Under the pieces are notes generated by a model, which saw nothing but the letters and a program-made list of their open reading frames with translations, did not search any database and had not been told where the DNA came from. The position numbers and the translations under genes are program-made. From contig OZ242214.1 of assembly GCA_965206595.1 (NCBI GenBank), forward strand, positions 1,696,001 to 1,760,000: a stretch of DNA of 64,000 nucleotides, read 5' to 3'. This stretch comes from Candidatus Latescibacterota bacterium (GTDB taxonomy: Bacteria > Latescibacterota > UBA2968 > UBA8231). Positions 39,673-50,860 of this stretch are shown one piece after another (positions within the stretch are counted from its first letter, which is position 1; every line of letters begins with the position of its first letter).

Positions 39673-41463
39673 TTATACAGGCCGGGTGGCGATGCCGAGT
39701 TCGCGCAACTGAACCTCGGTGACTCTGCCTGGTGCGTGTTCCATCAGGCCGACCGCTCGGTTGGTTTTGGGGAAGGCGATCACTTCCCGGATCGAGTCCT
39801 CTCCAGCGAGCATGGCAACGACGCGATCAAATCCGAATGCGATACCGCCATGGGGAGGGGCTCCGTATTCGAGGGCATCGAGCAAGAAGCCGAATTTGGC
39901 CCCGGCTTCCTCTCCGCCCAAGGCAAGAAGTTCGAAGATCTTCGCTTGAAGATCCCGCTGGAAAATACGCATGCTGCCTCCGGCGATTTCGGTGCCATTG
40001 AGCACCAAGTCGTATGCGCGAGCGCGAGCCTTCAGAGGCTCGCTGGAAAGAATGGCGATGTCCTCCTCCAGCGGCGACGTAAATGGGTGATGGACGGCTG
40101 TAAAGCGCTTTCCTTCCTTATCGTACTCCAGCAGTGGAAATTCGGTAATCCATACAGGGCGCCAAACGTTTTCCGCGAAATGGTCGAATCGTCTCGCCAG
40201 CTCGAGTCGCAGGGCATTCAGCACCTTCGCCACTACGGACGGGTCGTCGGCCACCAACAGAAGCAGGTCTCCTGGTTCTGATCCCAGCTCGCGAATCAGA
40301 AGTTCTCTGGAACGACTGGGGAAGAACTTCACAATCGAAGATTCGAGACCGCTGTCGGTGTGTTTGATCCAGCTCAACCCCCTGGCCCCAGCATCCTTCG
40401 CGAAGGCGACTAATTGGTCGATCTGGCTTCGGGGCAATTCGCTGCCCCCCTTTACATTGATGCCTTTTACCTGACCACCTTTTTCAAGCACGGACAGGAA
40501 GACCTGAAACTGAGATGCAGCGGCCGCAGCCCCGGCATCCTTGAGTTCGAGGTCGAAACGCATGTCAGGTTTGTCGCTGCCGTAGCGGTCCACCGCCTCG
40601 GAATAAGCCATACGAGGAAATGGATCCGGCAATTCAATTCCTCGTATTTCGGCAAACAGACCCCGCGTAATGCGCTCCGATACGCCCATAATATCGTCTT
40701 CGGAGATGAACGACATTTCAATGTCGATCTGGGTGAATTCCGGCTGCCGATCAGCGCGTAAATCCTCGTCCCGGAAGCATTTGACGATCTGGAAATAGCG
40801 ATCGAATCCCGAAATCATCAGCAGTTGCTTGTACGTCTGCGGAGACTGGGGGAGAGCGAAGAAATTGCCCGGGTTTACACGGCTGGGGACAAGGAAGTCC
40901 CGGGCTCCCTCAGGAGTGCTGCGAACCAGAAAGGGGGTCTCGACCTCGATGAACCCCTCCGAATCCAGGATGTCCCGGGTTTTTCGGTAACAGCGATGCC
41001 TGATCAGGAGATTGCGTTGCATAGGGAAGCGCCGCAGATCCAGGTAACGATGGCGCAGTCTCGCCTCCTCGCCGACGTCGACATTGTCATCGAGGGGGAA
41101 CGGAATCGGGATGGACGTGTTGAGTATCCTCAGTGAATGACAATTCACCTCTATCTCCCCGGTTTTGAGCCGGGGATTGACCATGCCTTCGGGGCGGTTT
41201 TCAACCTCACCCTGGACCGCGATGACGAACTCGTTGCGCAGGGATTCCGCCTTGTGGTGAGACTCGGCATTGTTCTGGGGGTTGAAAACGACTTGGGTCA
41301 CCCCATAGCGGTCTCGGAGATCGACGAAAATAACCCCCCCGTGGTCGCGACGCGTTGCCACCCATCCCATGAGGGTCACCTGCTTACCGAGGAAATCGGC
41401 CGTCAGTGTCCCGCAGTCGTGGGATCGCTGCCATGTACCCAGGCCTTCGACGATTTCACCCAT
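39673..41463 (-). CDS. aspS: Aspartate--tRNA ligase
   Basis: RDHGGVIFVDLRD, LPQSPQ, CFRDEDLRADRQPEFTQ, HHPFT, PPHGGIAFGFDR. Confidence 0.98.
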   Translation of the reverse strand: MGEIVEGLGTWQRSHDCGTLTADFLGKQVTLMGWVATRRDHGGVIFVDLRDRYGVTQVVFNPQNNAESHHKAESLRNEFVIAVQGEVENRPEGMVNPRLKTGEIEVNCHSLRILNTSIPIPFPLDDNVDVGEEARLRHRYLDLRRFPMQRNLLIRHRCYRKTRDILDSEGFIEVETPFLVRSTPEGARDFLVPSRVNPGNFFALPQSPQTYKQLLMISGFDRYFQIVKCFRDEDLRADRQPEFTQIDIEMSFISEDDIMGVSERITRGLFAEIRGIELPDPFPRMAYSEAVDRYGSDKPDMRFDLELKDAGAAAAASQFQVFLSVLEKGGQVKGINVKGGSELPRSQIDQLVAFAKDAGARGLSWIKHTDSGLESSIVKFFPSRSRELLIRELGSEPGDLLLLVADDPSVVAKVLNALRLELARRFDHFAENVWRPVWITEFPLLEYDKEGKRFTAVHHPFTSPLEEDIAILSSEPLKARARAYDLVLNGTEIAGGSMRIFQRDLQAKIFELLALGGEEAGAKFGFLLDALEYGAPPHGGIAFGFDRVVAMLAGEDSIREVIAFPKTNRAVGLMEHAPGRVTEVQLRELGIATRPV

Positions 41464-41538
41464 ATCAACACAGATGAGGAAAGGAGATGAAATTCCCGGC
41501 GATCCAGACGCCGGAAACCGATGCCGACGGAGTTTTCA

Positions 41539-41567
41539 ACTATATGGGGAACCCCTAACACTGTCAA
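41539..41567 (-). promoter_or_regulatory. Sigma70 promoter of aspS
   Basis: TTGACA-17bp-TATAGT. Confidence 0.7.
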
Positions 41568-41730
41568 TTGATCGGAAGTGCCTCGGATATGGTGCAACTT
41601 GGTGTGTTAACGAGAGATAGGTGCCTTCGCACCGCGTTGACACTCGATTCCCTACGTGCCAATATAGAGTGAGACATTTCCGCATCGGAGTTTAGAGTAG
41701 TCAGGAGGGCGGAAAGGAGAGCGATAGAAG

Positions 41731-42183
41731 ATGGCTTCCCGTACTGGAAAGGCGGAGCGAGTTTCGTTGCCTGTGGAAGAGTCCACCCCCGAGGTTCCTC
41801 GTCTCGATCCGGAAGTGCCAGACAGAGCCAAGCGTCGGTATTTCAGTGCCCAGTATAAGCTGCGGGTACTGGAAGAAGCCGATGTCTGCCGGGCTCCCGG
41901 GGAGGTCGGTGCCTTACTGCGCCGCGAGGGCCTGTACTCCTCGCAGCTGACCGCCTGGCGGCGGGCGCGGCGGGAAGGCTCGTTGCAGGCGTTGGCCACG
42001 CCGCGGGGTCCCCAAGGCCGTCGTCGGGACCCGGTGGCCAGCGACAACGAGCGCTTGCGCATGGAGAACGCCCGTCTGCGGCGGCGTCTGGAGCAGGCCC
42101 AAGTGATTCTCGAGATCCAAAAAAAAGCCTCCGAGATCCTGGGGATCCCCCTGAACCGGCCCGCCAACGGCGACGACGCATGA
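41731..42183 (+). CDS. IS3 OrfA
   Basis: Identical to the protein at 254-706; A8G slippery site at ~42119. Confidence 0.9.
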   Translation: MASRTGKAERVSLPVEESTPEVPRLDPEVPDRAKRRYFSAQYKLRVLEEADVCRAPGEVGALLRREGLYSSQLTAWRRARREGSLQALATPRGPQGRRRDPVASDNERLRMENARLRRRLEQAQVILEIQKKASEILGIPLNRPANGDDA

Positions 42184-43194
42184 GCGCGGCGGTCGAACAG
42201 TTGGCGACCACGGTCGGGGTGGCCCCGGCTTGCCGCGCCCTGGGGGTGGCCCGCGCTTCGGTCTATCGCCACCGCACCCCCCCGCTGCCGCGCCGGGACG
42301 CGGCGCCTTTGCCGTTCGCCTCGTGCCCTGGCCCCGGAAGAGCGCGCCCACGTACTGGCTACCCTGCACGAAGACCGTTTCGTCGACCAGGCCCCGGCCG
42401 CCGTATACGCGAATCTGCTGGAGGAAGGACGCTACCTGTGTTCCCAACGCACGATGTATCGTCTGCTGCACGGCGCCGGCGAGGTGCGGGAACGCCGCCG
42501 CCAGCGCCGCCACCCTCGGGCCGAGCCGCCGCGGCTGGTGGCCAGGGCCCCCAACCAGGTCTGGACATGGGACATTACCCGTCTGGCGGGCCCGCGTACA
42601 GGGGGGACGTATCCGCTTTACGTGGTGCTCGACCTGTTTTCGCGTTACGTCGTCGCCTGGATGGTGGCCACCCGGGAAAGCGCCGGCAGCGCACGGCGCC
42701 TGATCCGGACCGCCTGCCGCAAGCAAGCCATCGAGCCGGGGCAGCTGACCCTGCACCAGGACCGGGGCGCCCCGATGACGGCCAAGACCTTTTCGCAGCT
42801 GCTGGTCGATCTCGAGATCCTGGCCAGCTACAGCCGCCCGCGAACCGCCGACGACAACCCCTATTCGGAGAGCCAGTTCAAAACCGTCAAATACGCGCCC
42901 ACCTACCCGGGCCGCTTTGCCGACCCGGAGCAGGCGCGGGCGTATTTTCGCTCGTTCTTTCTCTGGTACAACACCCGCCATCGCCATAGCGGATTGGGCC
43001 TGCTGACCCCGGAGGCGGTACATCACGGGCGCGCCGAGGAGCTCCAGGCAGCGCGCCAATCCATCCTCGATGACGCCCATGCACGACATCCCGAGCGCTT
43101 CGTAAAGGGGCCGCCCCAAGCACCGAAAATACCAGCCGAGGTGTGGATCAACCCACCCCCGACCATCATCGAATGCGCACGAACAGGACAGTAA
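42180..43194 (+). CDS. IS3 OrfB integrase (DDE), with an internal frameshift near the C7 run at ~42277
   Basis: ACRALGVARASVYR, then in another frame PNQVWTWDIT, LDLFSR, HQDRG, DNPYSESQFKTVK. Confidence 0.85.
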
Positions 43195-43245
43195 ACTTTC
43201 ACGCGAAGTGTCTCATTTCCATTGACACGTTCCGAACCGCGGCGC

Positions 43246-44490
43246 ATGATCTGGCCCTGTAAGCGATTCGATTTTACCTGGGCGGACTGGCGTTTCGCCC
43301 TCAAGTCGTGCCTGTATCCCCCGCCGAGGGGAAGGGTCGTAGCACGTATCGAGAGCCTGTGGTGCGAGGACCGCGACGCCATCGCCTGCCTAACGGCGCG
43401 CTCGGGGTTCGACCTGTTCCTTCGGGCGAAACGGTGGAAATCTGGAGACGAGATCATCTTCAGTGCCCTGACCGTGCCGGACATGCCCCACATCGCCAGG
43501 CAGCACGGTCTGCGGCCGGTACCTCTCGACATCGACCCGCTGACGACGGTGTGGGACGCGCGCTCGCTCGACCAGCTGATCGGGCCGCGCACCCGGGCCG
43601 TCGTTCTCGCCCACCTGTTCGGAGCCCGGATCGACGTGGAGCCGGCGGTAGCCGTCGCTCGCCGGCATGGCGTCGCCGTCGTGGAAGACTGTGCCCAGGC
43701 GTACGCGGGACCTGGCTGGACCGGCCACCCGCAAGCCGACCTGACGCTCTTTTCTTTCGGACCCATGAAGATCGCTACGGCCTTCGGCGGGGCGATCGCC
43801 CGCGTGCGCCACCCGCAACTGCGCGCCGAAATGACAGCAATCCTGGAGCGGGACCCGGTCCAGTCGACGGGTGAGTTCTTGCGCCGTGTGCTACTTTTCG
43901 GCGTTCTGAAATGGGCTTCGAAGCCGACGATTTTCGCTGCTCTGGTCTTTCTGGCCAACCTTCTGGGTTTCGACCGCGATAGCTGGATTCGCACCCTCAC
44001 GCGCAACGTCCCTCGTGATTCGCTCATGCCCCACATCCGCCGCCGTCCCTGTGCCGCACTTCTCGGTCTGCTGGAGCGCAGGTTGGGGGAGGGAGAAGCC
44101 CCGGTGACCCGACGCGTAGAACCGGGCTGCGCCCTGTTTCGGACCCTGGGTCGCGAGGTCGAGCTGCCTACCCGCGACGCCCCCACGCATGCCTACTGGA
44201 TGGTCCCGGTGCTCGTCCGCGACCGGGAAGCGGTGAAGATCCACCTCCGCAGCCAGGGGTTCGACGCCATGTCGGAACGGCTTAGCGTGGTGTCCGACGG
44301 CGACTCCCCGGCCCCCGGAGCCCAGCGGCTTGCGGACGCCGTATACCTGCCGTTCGATCCCGAGATGCCCGGAAGCGAGCTCGAGCGGCTGGGGGCGCTT
44401 ATGACGCGTCTGGCCGCCCGTGGAGGAGAAGTGGAACCGGAAGAGAATTACCGGCAACTGGCCAGGGATCGCGGAATAGGAGAGGTTTGA
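43246..44490 (+). CDS. DegT/DnrJ/EryC1/StrS-family PLP aminotransferase
   Basis: GDEII, AHLFG, VVEDCAQA, FSFGPMK..FGGA. Confidence 0.85.
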   Translation: MIWPCKRFDFTWADWRFALKSCLYPPPRGRVVARIESLWCEDRDAIACLTARSGFDLFLRAKRWKSGDEIIFSALTVPDMPHIARQHGLRPVPLDIDPLTTVWDARSLDQLIGPRTRAVVLAHLFGARIDVEPAVAVARRHGVAVVEDCAQAYAGPGWTGHPQADLTLFSFGPMKIATAFGGAIARVRHPQLRAEMTAILERDPVQSTGEFLRRVLLFGVLKWASKPTIFAALVFLANLLGFDRDSWIRTLTRNVPRDSLMPHIRRRPCAALLGLLERRLGEGEAPVTRRVEPGCALFRTLGREVELPTRDAPTHAYWMVPVLVRDREAVKIHLRSQGFDAMSERLSVVSDGDSPAPGAQRLADAVYLPFDPEMPGSELERLGALMTRLAARGGEVEPEENYRQLARDRGIGEV

Positions 44491-44540
44491 TTGCAAGGAT
44501 GCCGGCTATCGCGAACTCACCATTCCATCACCCTATTTCA

Positions 44541-45651
44541 ATGCGCCCCACACTTCAACTAACCGCGATAGCGGTCCTGGCGGTCTCTCCGCTCCTGGCG
44601 CAGCAGGGCACGATTCGGGGAAAGGTCACCGACAGCGAATTCGCCAGTCCGCTTCCAGGGGCGAATCTGCACGTCGTAGGCACCGCAAGGGGAACGGTTT
44701 CGGATGGGAAGGGGAATTTCGAGCCGAGCGTGTCTCCAGGGTCACATACCCTGCAGGTGAACTATATCGGCTACCAGTCCGCCCGGAGCGCCGTCGCGAT
44801 TGCGGCCGCAGACACGGTGGAGGTCGATTTCGCCCTGGTCGAGCGAACCTTGATGGGGGACGGAGTGGTGGTGGTCGGATCCCGGGCGGTGCGAACCGCC
44901 CGGGAGACCCCGGCGCCGGTCGATGTCCTTTCGGAGACCGAGATCTGCCAATCCGGCGAAACCGAGACCAACCAGACCCTGGGCCAGCTGGCCCCTTCCT
45001 TCAACGCCTCTCACCAGCCTATTTCCGACGGCACCGACCACATCTACCCAGCCAGCCTTCGCGGCCTGGGCCTCGACCAGGTGAAGATGCTTGTGCTTGT
45101 CAAGGGCAAGCGCCGCCACTCCAGCGCCCTGATGCACGTCAACGGCACCTTCGGCCGGGGCACTGTCGGGGTAGACCTCAACGCCATTCCCAAGGTCGGG
45201 GTCGAGCGCATCGAGATCCTGCGCGACGGGGCCGCGGACCAGTACGGCTCGGACGCCATCGCCGGGGTGATCAATATCGTTCTGAAGGAGAGCACCGAAA
45301 GCCTCCAACTCAACAGCCTGATGGGAACTTCGGGAGAAGGGAACGGCGATCAGGTCAAGACCCGTGAACTACGTTTTTCCACTTGAGGACCGAGGTTTCA
45401 TCAACGTGACTGGAGAGTTCTTCGATCGCGGCCGCACTGCCCGCAGCGGTTTCTACACTGCGGACACAATGTGGCTGCAAGAAAACCATCTACCCCGGGA
45501 GGCATTCAACATGCCATCGGGCAGAGCAAGGCCACGTTGCGCGAGAGGGGGTGGAATTTGCTCGCATGGAAGGCCGATGGCGGCCCCCATGACCCGACAT
45601 GCGTCGGCACTCGAAATTTTCTTGCGCCAACTTTATCGAACTCCATTATAA
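44541..45651 (+). pseudogene. Truncated TonB-dependent receptor (N-terminal domain and plug only)
   Basis: VVVVGSR, ASLRGLG, VDLNAIP, ERIEILRDGAADQYGSDAIAGVINIVLK; frameshift at ~45365; barrel missing. Confidence 0.85.
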
Positions 45652-45693
45652 TTAGGTCATAGGAATTCTCCACTGAAGGGAAAGAGAACAGAT

Positions 45694-46752
45694 ATGAAAA
45701 TCACGCACTCATTCCAGCAGTTCTCACTCGCGGTACTCGCGCCCATCGCCAGCGGTTTGATGTTGGCCTCGCCTGCCCCAGCCCAGTTCGATCCCGGTGA
45801 GACGGCGGGTGTCTCGGTCGGAAGCAGCGCGGGGGGCTTGTTACCCATTACCGAGCTCGAAAACCAGATCGGCTTACGGGGTACCGCCTATTTGCGGCGG
45901 GGTCTGCTCCCGAATTGGCAGTTCGAGCTCAACGGGGGATACGAGCGCCTCTTGGCCACCGATTCCGCAACCGATGTGACCACCATCAGCGGCCGCCTGC
46001 TGTTCAGCCCCATCACCAGCAGTGATTGGAACCTGTTCCTGTTCGGGGGTGTCGGCCTGATGCGTTACGATTGGGATCAACCCGAGATTTCCAGTTTGCG
46101 CACCTCTGGACTGGATGTCATCGGATCGGTCCCGATGATTCCGCTGGGCACCGGGATCCAGTACAAACTGTCGGACAATCTCGCCCTGGAGGTCACCATC
46201 GGCTATGAGATGGCCCTCAGCGACGCCGTCAATGCGGTCGAAGAGGGAGGGAACGACGCCTCCCTGCAAGGTAGGGTCGGGCTGACTCTCGGCAGCTTCG
46301 GCCCGCCGCCGGTCCCACTCGCACCGGTCGCTCCCATGCCTGAACCTGTGGCTCCTCCTGTTGAGGCCGTCCCGGAACCCCCGATGGAAGAGGTGGCGGA
46401 TGAACCCGAGATGCCGGCTCCTGCTCCAAGAGTGGTCCTGTTCGCCCTGAATTCGACAAAGCTTTCCAGCGAAGCCATGGGAGTCCTCGACGACGTTGTC
46501 ATGGATCTGGAAGAGCTACCCGAGATCGGGGTGATGCTGCGCGGCCACACCGATAGCACCGGCAGTGTCTGGTACAACTCCAAGCTGGGTATGAGGCGGG
46601 CAGTGTCGGTCCAGAAGTACCTGATGTCAAAGGGAATCGACGCCGGACGAATGAGCCTCGAATCCAAGGGGGAGAATGAACCGGTTGCCAGCAATGCAAC
46701 CAAGGAGGGGCGTCGGCAAAATCGCCGCGTGGAGATCATAATCTCTGAGTAG
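45694..46752 (+). CDS. OmpA-family protein (beta-barrel, Pro-rich linker, peptidoglycan-binding domain)
   Basis: GHTDSTG, LGMRRAVSV, GENEPVASN..GRRQNRRVEI. Confidence 0.92.
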   Translation: MKITHSFQQFSLAVLAPIASGLMLASPAPAQFDPGETAGVSVGSSAGGLLPITELENQIGLRGTAYLRRGLLPNWQFELNGGYERLLATDSATDVTTISGRLLFSPITSSDWNLFLFGGVGLMRYDWDQPEISSLRTSGLDVIGSVPMIPLGTGIQYKLSDNLALEVTIGYEMALSDAVNAVEEGGNDASLQGRVGLTLGSFGPPPVPLAPVAPMPEPVAPPVEAVPEPPMEEVADEPEMPAPAPRVVLFALNSTKLSSEAMGVLDDVVMDLEELPEIGVMLRGHTDSTGSVWYNSKLGMRRAVSVQKYLMSKGIDAGRMSLESKGENEPVASNATKEGRRQNRRVEIIISE

Positions 46753-46776
46753 GCCGTCCGACCTGTAGCCATAAGG

Positions 46777-46812
46777 GGGCGTCCACGACTAGGAGAGGTC
46801 GTGGACGCCCTT
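46777..46812 (+). terminator. 13-bp hairpin after ompA (probable terminator or RNA stabiliser)
   Basis: GGGCGTCCACGAC...GTCGTGGACGCCC; weak U-tail. Confidence 0.55.
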
Positions 46813-46881
46813 ACCGTACATCCTCTCCCTTCCATTTCCCACCAACTGAGCAACTCGTTGCGTCCGAGACCGCCCGAATAA

Positions 46882-47133
46882 GCTACGCCGGAAGGGTATG
46901 TCCTCGATGGAGTCGATCCGGACGTGGTGGAGGTGAGAGTGGCCGGTCCGCGCCGGGAGCTGCTGCTGGCCAGTCCGGAGGATTTCCAACTGGTGCTCGG
47001 CAATGCCTCTCTGGTCAAACTCAAACGCCGGACCTTCGCCATTTCTGGTGACGATGTGCGCCATCCAACAGCCCTGGAAATCCTGGGGGTAAGTCCGGAA
47101 AAAGTGCGCCTGTCGGTGCGCGAGACCCGCTGA
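46882..47133 (+). pseudogene. C-terminal YbbR/CdaR-like domain fragment
   Basis: PEGYVLDGVDPDVVEVRVAGPRREL...VSPEKVRLSV with an in-frame stop immediately upstream. Confidence 0.45.
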
Positions 47134-47168
47134 AGGTTCCACGGCGGAGGCACCGCTCCTTCACTTCG

Positions 47169-48690
47169 CTAGAAGAACTGACCGATCCCGAAGGAAAGCT
47201 GCCAGACCCCGCCCCTGGCCAGTCCGCGAGCCAAGTCGGCGCGCATGATCGGGGAGTCGTATATCCGCGGCAATCCCAACCGCACCCCGAGGCCGGCAGC
47301 CGGTTTCAGGTCGATCTCTTCCCCTCCGTACCACGCATTTCCGGCATCGAAAAAAACGGCACCCGCCAATACGTAGAGGCCGGTGCGTTTGATGGTCGGG
47401 CGAGCTTCAAGGTTGAAGAGCAGCCTTCGGAGGCCGTCGAAGCTCCTCGGGGGATAGCCGCGAAGGCCCCGGTTCAACCCCAGCAGATACTGCGTCGGGT
47501 CTTCGGGCCGCGCAATCGAGGCGTAACTGACTCGGAAGGTGACGCTGTGCACCCTGAGGATCCGCACGTACGCCTGGAATTGGGATGACGTGATGAAGTG
47601 AGACCAGGATCCCCCTCCAATTCGGGTGCTTGCGAAAAAACTGGATAAGAGGTACAGGCCGGGCCGCGGGTTGAGACGGGGAGCTACCTGAAAGGCGATC
47701 GCGGGATAGGTTCGGTTCGAGCCCAGGGCCCAGTGGGAGATGGAAAGGGTTGCACCGCTCCAGCTTCCGATCTGGAGGTCCTCCGCCCGTCCCAGGGATT
47801 GCAGGAAGCGGGCCCGGGCATACCGGGGCTGCCAAATGAGGATGCCGGTGCCGACGACAACCCGTCTCCGGTCTTCCGGCGCATGGGAGAAGGGACGCGT
47901 CGGGTCAAAGACCTAGTCGGAGACCTCGAGCCGAACACTCGATCTGACCTTGATCCGATTCCCGGCCGAATGACCGGCCCAGATGCTGGCCGCCCCCAGG
48001 CTGCTGCGGTAGCGCGCCGTCAGCGTTCCAGAAAGAGTACCGCCGGACCAGGCTTTCCGAGCTGCGCAAGGCCGCGCCGAAGCTCCACCGGGACGACAGA
48101 GAAGAGTACGGCTGCGAAAAGGAAAGGGTGGCGAGGTGCCCTTCTTCTGCGAGTTCGAGCTGGGTGCGAAAACCGAAGTGCGAACCCAGCAACCGCGGCT
48201 CCCGGTAGAGCAGGCCGGCGCTGGTTCCCGATACGGCATCGCTGCGGGCGGTCGCCTGCACCAATTGGCCACGCCCGAGGAAGTTATAATCAAGGGCAAC
48301 AAGACCGAAGCTGATCTCGCCCAGTTCCCCCGCGAAGAGCGGCGATATGGCCCGCGAGTACAGATCTCTCACTTCCACCGAGATGTCGACGCTGTCGGCT
48401 GTCGACGCCGCCGGCAGCATGCGCACGCGCACGTTTCCGAGGAATAGAAGCCGGCGAAGGTTGCGCTCGCTCTCCTTCACGAGGTTGGTGTCCAGGCGTT
48501 CGCCGCAGGCGAACAACAGCTCGCGCCTGATTACCTCGGCGCGAGTGCGGCTGTTTCCATGAACGGAAATCGAGCCGATGACCGAGGGGGCAGCCAGTGT
48601 GTCGGCAGGTTGCGAAGTCCCGGGTGCCGCTGCAAGGAGCCACCCGAGCGCCGCGGCAGCTGATGAACAGGTGGGCTGAAGCATGATCAC
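47169..48690 (-). pseudogene. BamA/TamA (Omp85)-like POTRA plus beta-barrel gene, multiply frameshifted
   Basis: ISVHGNSRTRAEVIRRELLF, NFLGRGQ, GLRGYP, FFDAGNAW, GLGVR, terminal GIGQFF, spread over several frames. Confidence 0.8.
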
Positions 48691-48699
48691 AACCTCCTA

Positions 48700-49875
48700 G
48701 TGTCCCGTCCCAGGAATATCTTGTAAAAATGTGATCTTCTCATTAGGTTTCCCCTAATAGGGATACCGCAAGGAGGAACCTAATGGCACTGGGACGTCCC
48801 CTGAAGCCGCTCACCCTCAGTGACGAAGTTCGTGCCCAACTCGAATCCATGGCCCGTTCCCGTAGCCTGCCTCATGCGCATGTGCGGCGAGCCAAGATCG
48901 TCTTGATGAGCGATGAGGGGCTCACCAATCAACAGATCGGTCAGCATCTTGGGCTGTCGGGCGTTTCGGTTGGCAAGTGGCGCCGTCGTTTCTGCGAACA
49001 AGGCCTGATGGGGCTCTACGATGAGCTGCGCCCCGGGGGTCCGCGCTCGATAAGCGATGAGGAAGTCGCCGCGTTGATTCATAAGACGCTCGAGCATCCA
49101 CCGAAGGGGGCCACGCACTGGACGTGCCGTTCCCTCGCCGCCGAGGCCAACCTCTCCAAGTCCACCGTTCAACGAGTATGGAAAGCGTTGGGTCTGCAGC
49201 CGCATCGACAGAAGCACTTCAAGCTGTCCAACGACCCTTTTTTTTGTGGACAAAGTCAGAGACATCGTAGGCCTCTACCTGAACCCTCCGGACAAGGCCA
49301 TGGTGTTATGCGTCGACGAGAAGAGCCAGATCCAGGCCCTGGAACGGACGCAGCCGATTCTGCCTTTGGGCCTGGGCTATGTGGAAGGCGTTACGCACAG
49401 CTATATCCGGCACGGCACGACGACCTTGTTCGCGGCGCTCGAAATCGCATCGGGCAAGGTCCTGACCCAATGCAAACCCAAACCCCGGCATCGGCACCAG
49501 GAATTCCTGCAGTTCCTCAAATACATAGACCAAAACGTCCCGAAAGACCTCGACATTCATCTCGTCGTAGATAACTACGCCACGCACACGCACGAAAAGG
49601 TCAAACGGTGGATCGCAGCGCGACCGCGATACCATGTTCACTATACACCGACCTACGCCTCTTGGCTCAACCAGGTGGAGATCTGGTTCGGCATCCTCAC
49701 ACAGAAAGCCATCCGCCGTGGGACCTTCAAGAAGGTGAAGGACCTGGTCGCCAGCATTCAGGAATTCACCGACCGCTATAACGCCCACTCACACCCGTTT
49801 GTGTGGACGGCGACGGCCGAATCGATTCTCGCAAAGATCACCAGACTTTTCAAACTAATTCATGGGACGGGACAC
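48700..49875 (+). mobile_element. IS630-family insertion sequence with TA target duplication
   Basis: TA-GTGTCCCGTCCCA ... TGGGACGGGACAC-TA terminal inverted repeats. Confidence 0.95.
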
Positions 49876-49878
49876 TAA
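48783..49878 (+). CDS. IS630 transposase, split at a T8 run (49238-49245)
   Basis: HTH..THWTCR..FKLSNDPFF / VDEKSQIQAL, VVDNYATH, SWLNQVEIWF. Confidence 0.9.
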
Positions 49879-50039
49879 GAGGGGGTCCCAAAGGGCAAGA
49901 GGCTGGGGCTTGGAGTTCGGAGGCTGGTGCAATTGATTTTGCTGGCGCCTCCGGTGCAGGGGGACGATCCGATAGCCAAACCTTACCCCTGATCGGACGC
50001 GTCCCCGGATCAATTCATTCGGACCGGAAAGGAGAAATC

Positions 50040-50759
50040 GTGAAAGCGAGTGGACTGAAGCAGCGAATCCGCAGCGGCCACACCGTCATCGGTTTGGGAG
50101 CTCCGATCTCGGCGACCAGAGGTTACTTCGAGCGCGCCATGGAACAGGAGTCGTACGAGTTCGTGTTCACGGACGGGCAGCATTCTGCGGTCGGTGACTC
50201 GCAGCTGGTAGAATTCTGTGCCCTGGCAGATGAGTTCGACCTTCCTGTGCGCTTCCGGATCAAACACGCGATGCACTGCCAGCTGATCGGCAACTTCCTC
50301 GACCTCGGGGCAGGAGGCATCGAGGTGCCCCAGACTGAAACGGAGCAGACGGCCAATGAAGCGGTCTGGAATTTCTACTACCCTCCGCTGGGGAGACGGA
50401 GCCTCGGAGGAGGAGCGCGGCGCAACATCGGCGTTTTACCCGACCCCAGGGCCTACGCCGACTGGTGGAACGAGAACGGCGTGCTTTGGCTGCAGATAGA
50501 GTCTCTTTCGGCGACGTTGCACGCCCACAAGCTCGCCAGATCGGAGGTCGACTGCCTGTCGATAGGCCCTTCCGATCTCGGGTTCGACATCGAGGCTCAC
50601 CCCCATCCTCCGTACGGGTCGGTCGAGGAATGTGTCGGGGCGATCGCGAAGTCAATCGGTGGGACGGAAACAGCGATCTGCTTCCGCACCGGGACTCCGG
50701 ACCGCAGGCCCCAGTACGCCGACCTCGGGGTGTTCCTGGAGCGTCCCAACCTCGACTGA
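50040..50759 (+). CDS. HpcH/HpaI aldolase family protein
   Basis: FTDGQHS, LDLGAGGIEVP, YPPLGRRSLG, LQIES, IGPSDL. Confidence 0.85.
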   Translation: MKASGLKQRIRSGHTVIGLGAPISATRGYFERAMEQESYEFVFTDGQHSAVGDSQLVEFCALADEFDLPVRFRIKHAMHCQLIGNFLDLGAGGIEVPQTETEQTANEAVWNFYYPPLGRRSLGGGARRNIGVLPDPRAYADWWNENGVLWLQIESLSATLHAHKLARSEVDCLSIGPSDLGFDIEAHPHPPYGSVEECVGAIAKSIGGTETAICFRTGTPDRRPQYADLGVFLERPNLD

Positions 50760-50860
50760 ACGATAGGGCCCACTGCTTGCGAATCGAGATGGGCTTCGGT
50801 ACCATTCGAACCGAAGCTGTCTATCTTCCGACAACTACGTTTCCCACAAGGAGTTGCACC

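Larger units (their letters stand above)
41657..43227 (+). mobile_element. IS3-family insertion sequence, complete
   Basis: TG...CA ends; IRL TGCCAATATAGAGTGAGACA vs IRR (rc) TGTCAATGGAAATGAGACA; orfA plus DDE orfB. Confidence 0.93.
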
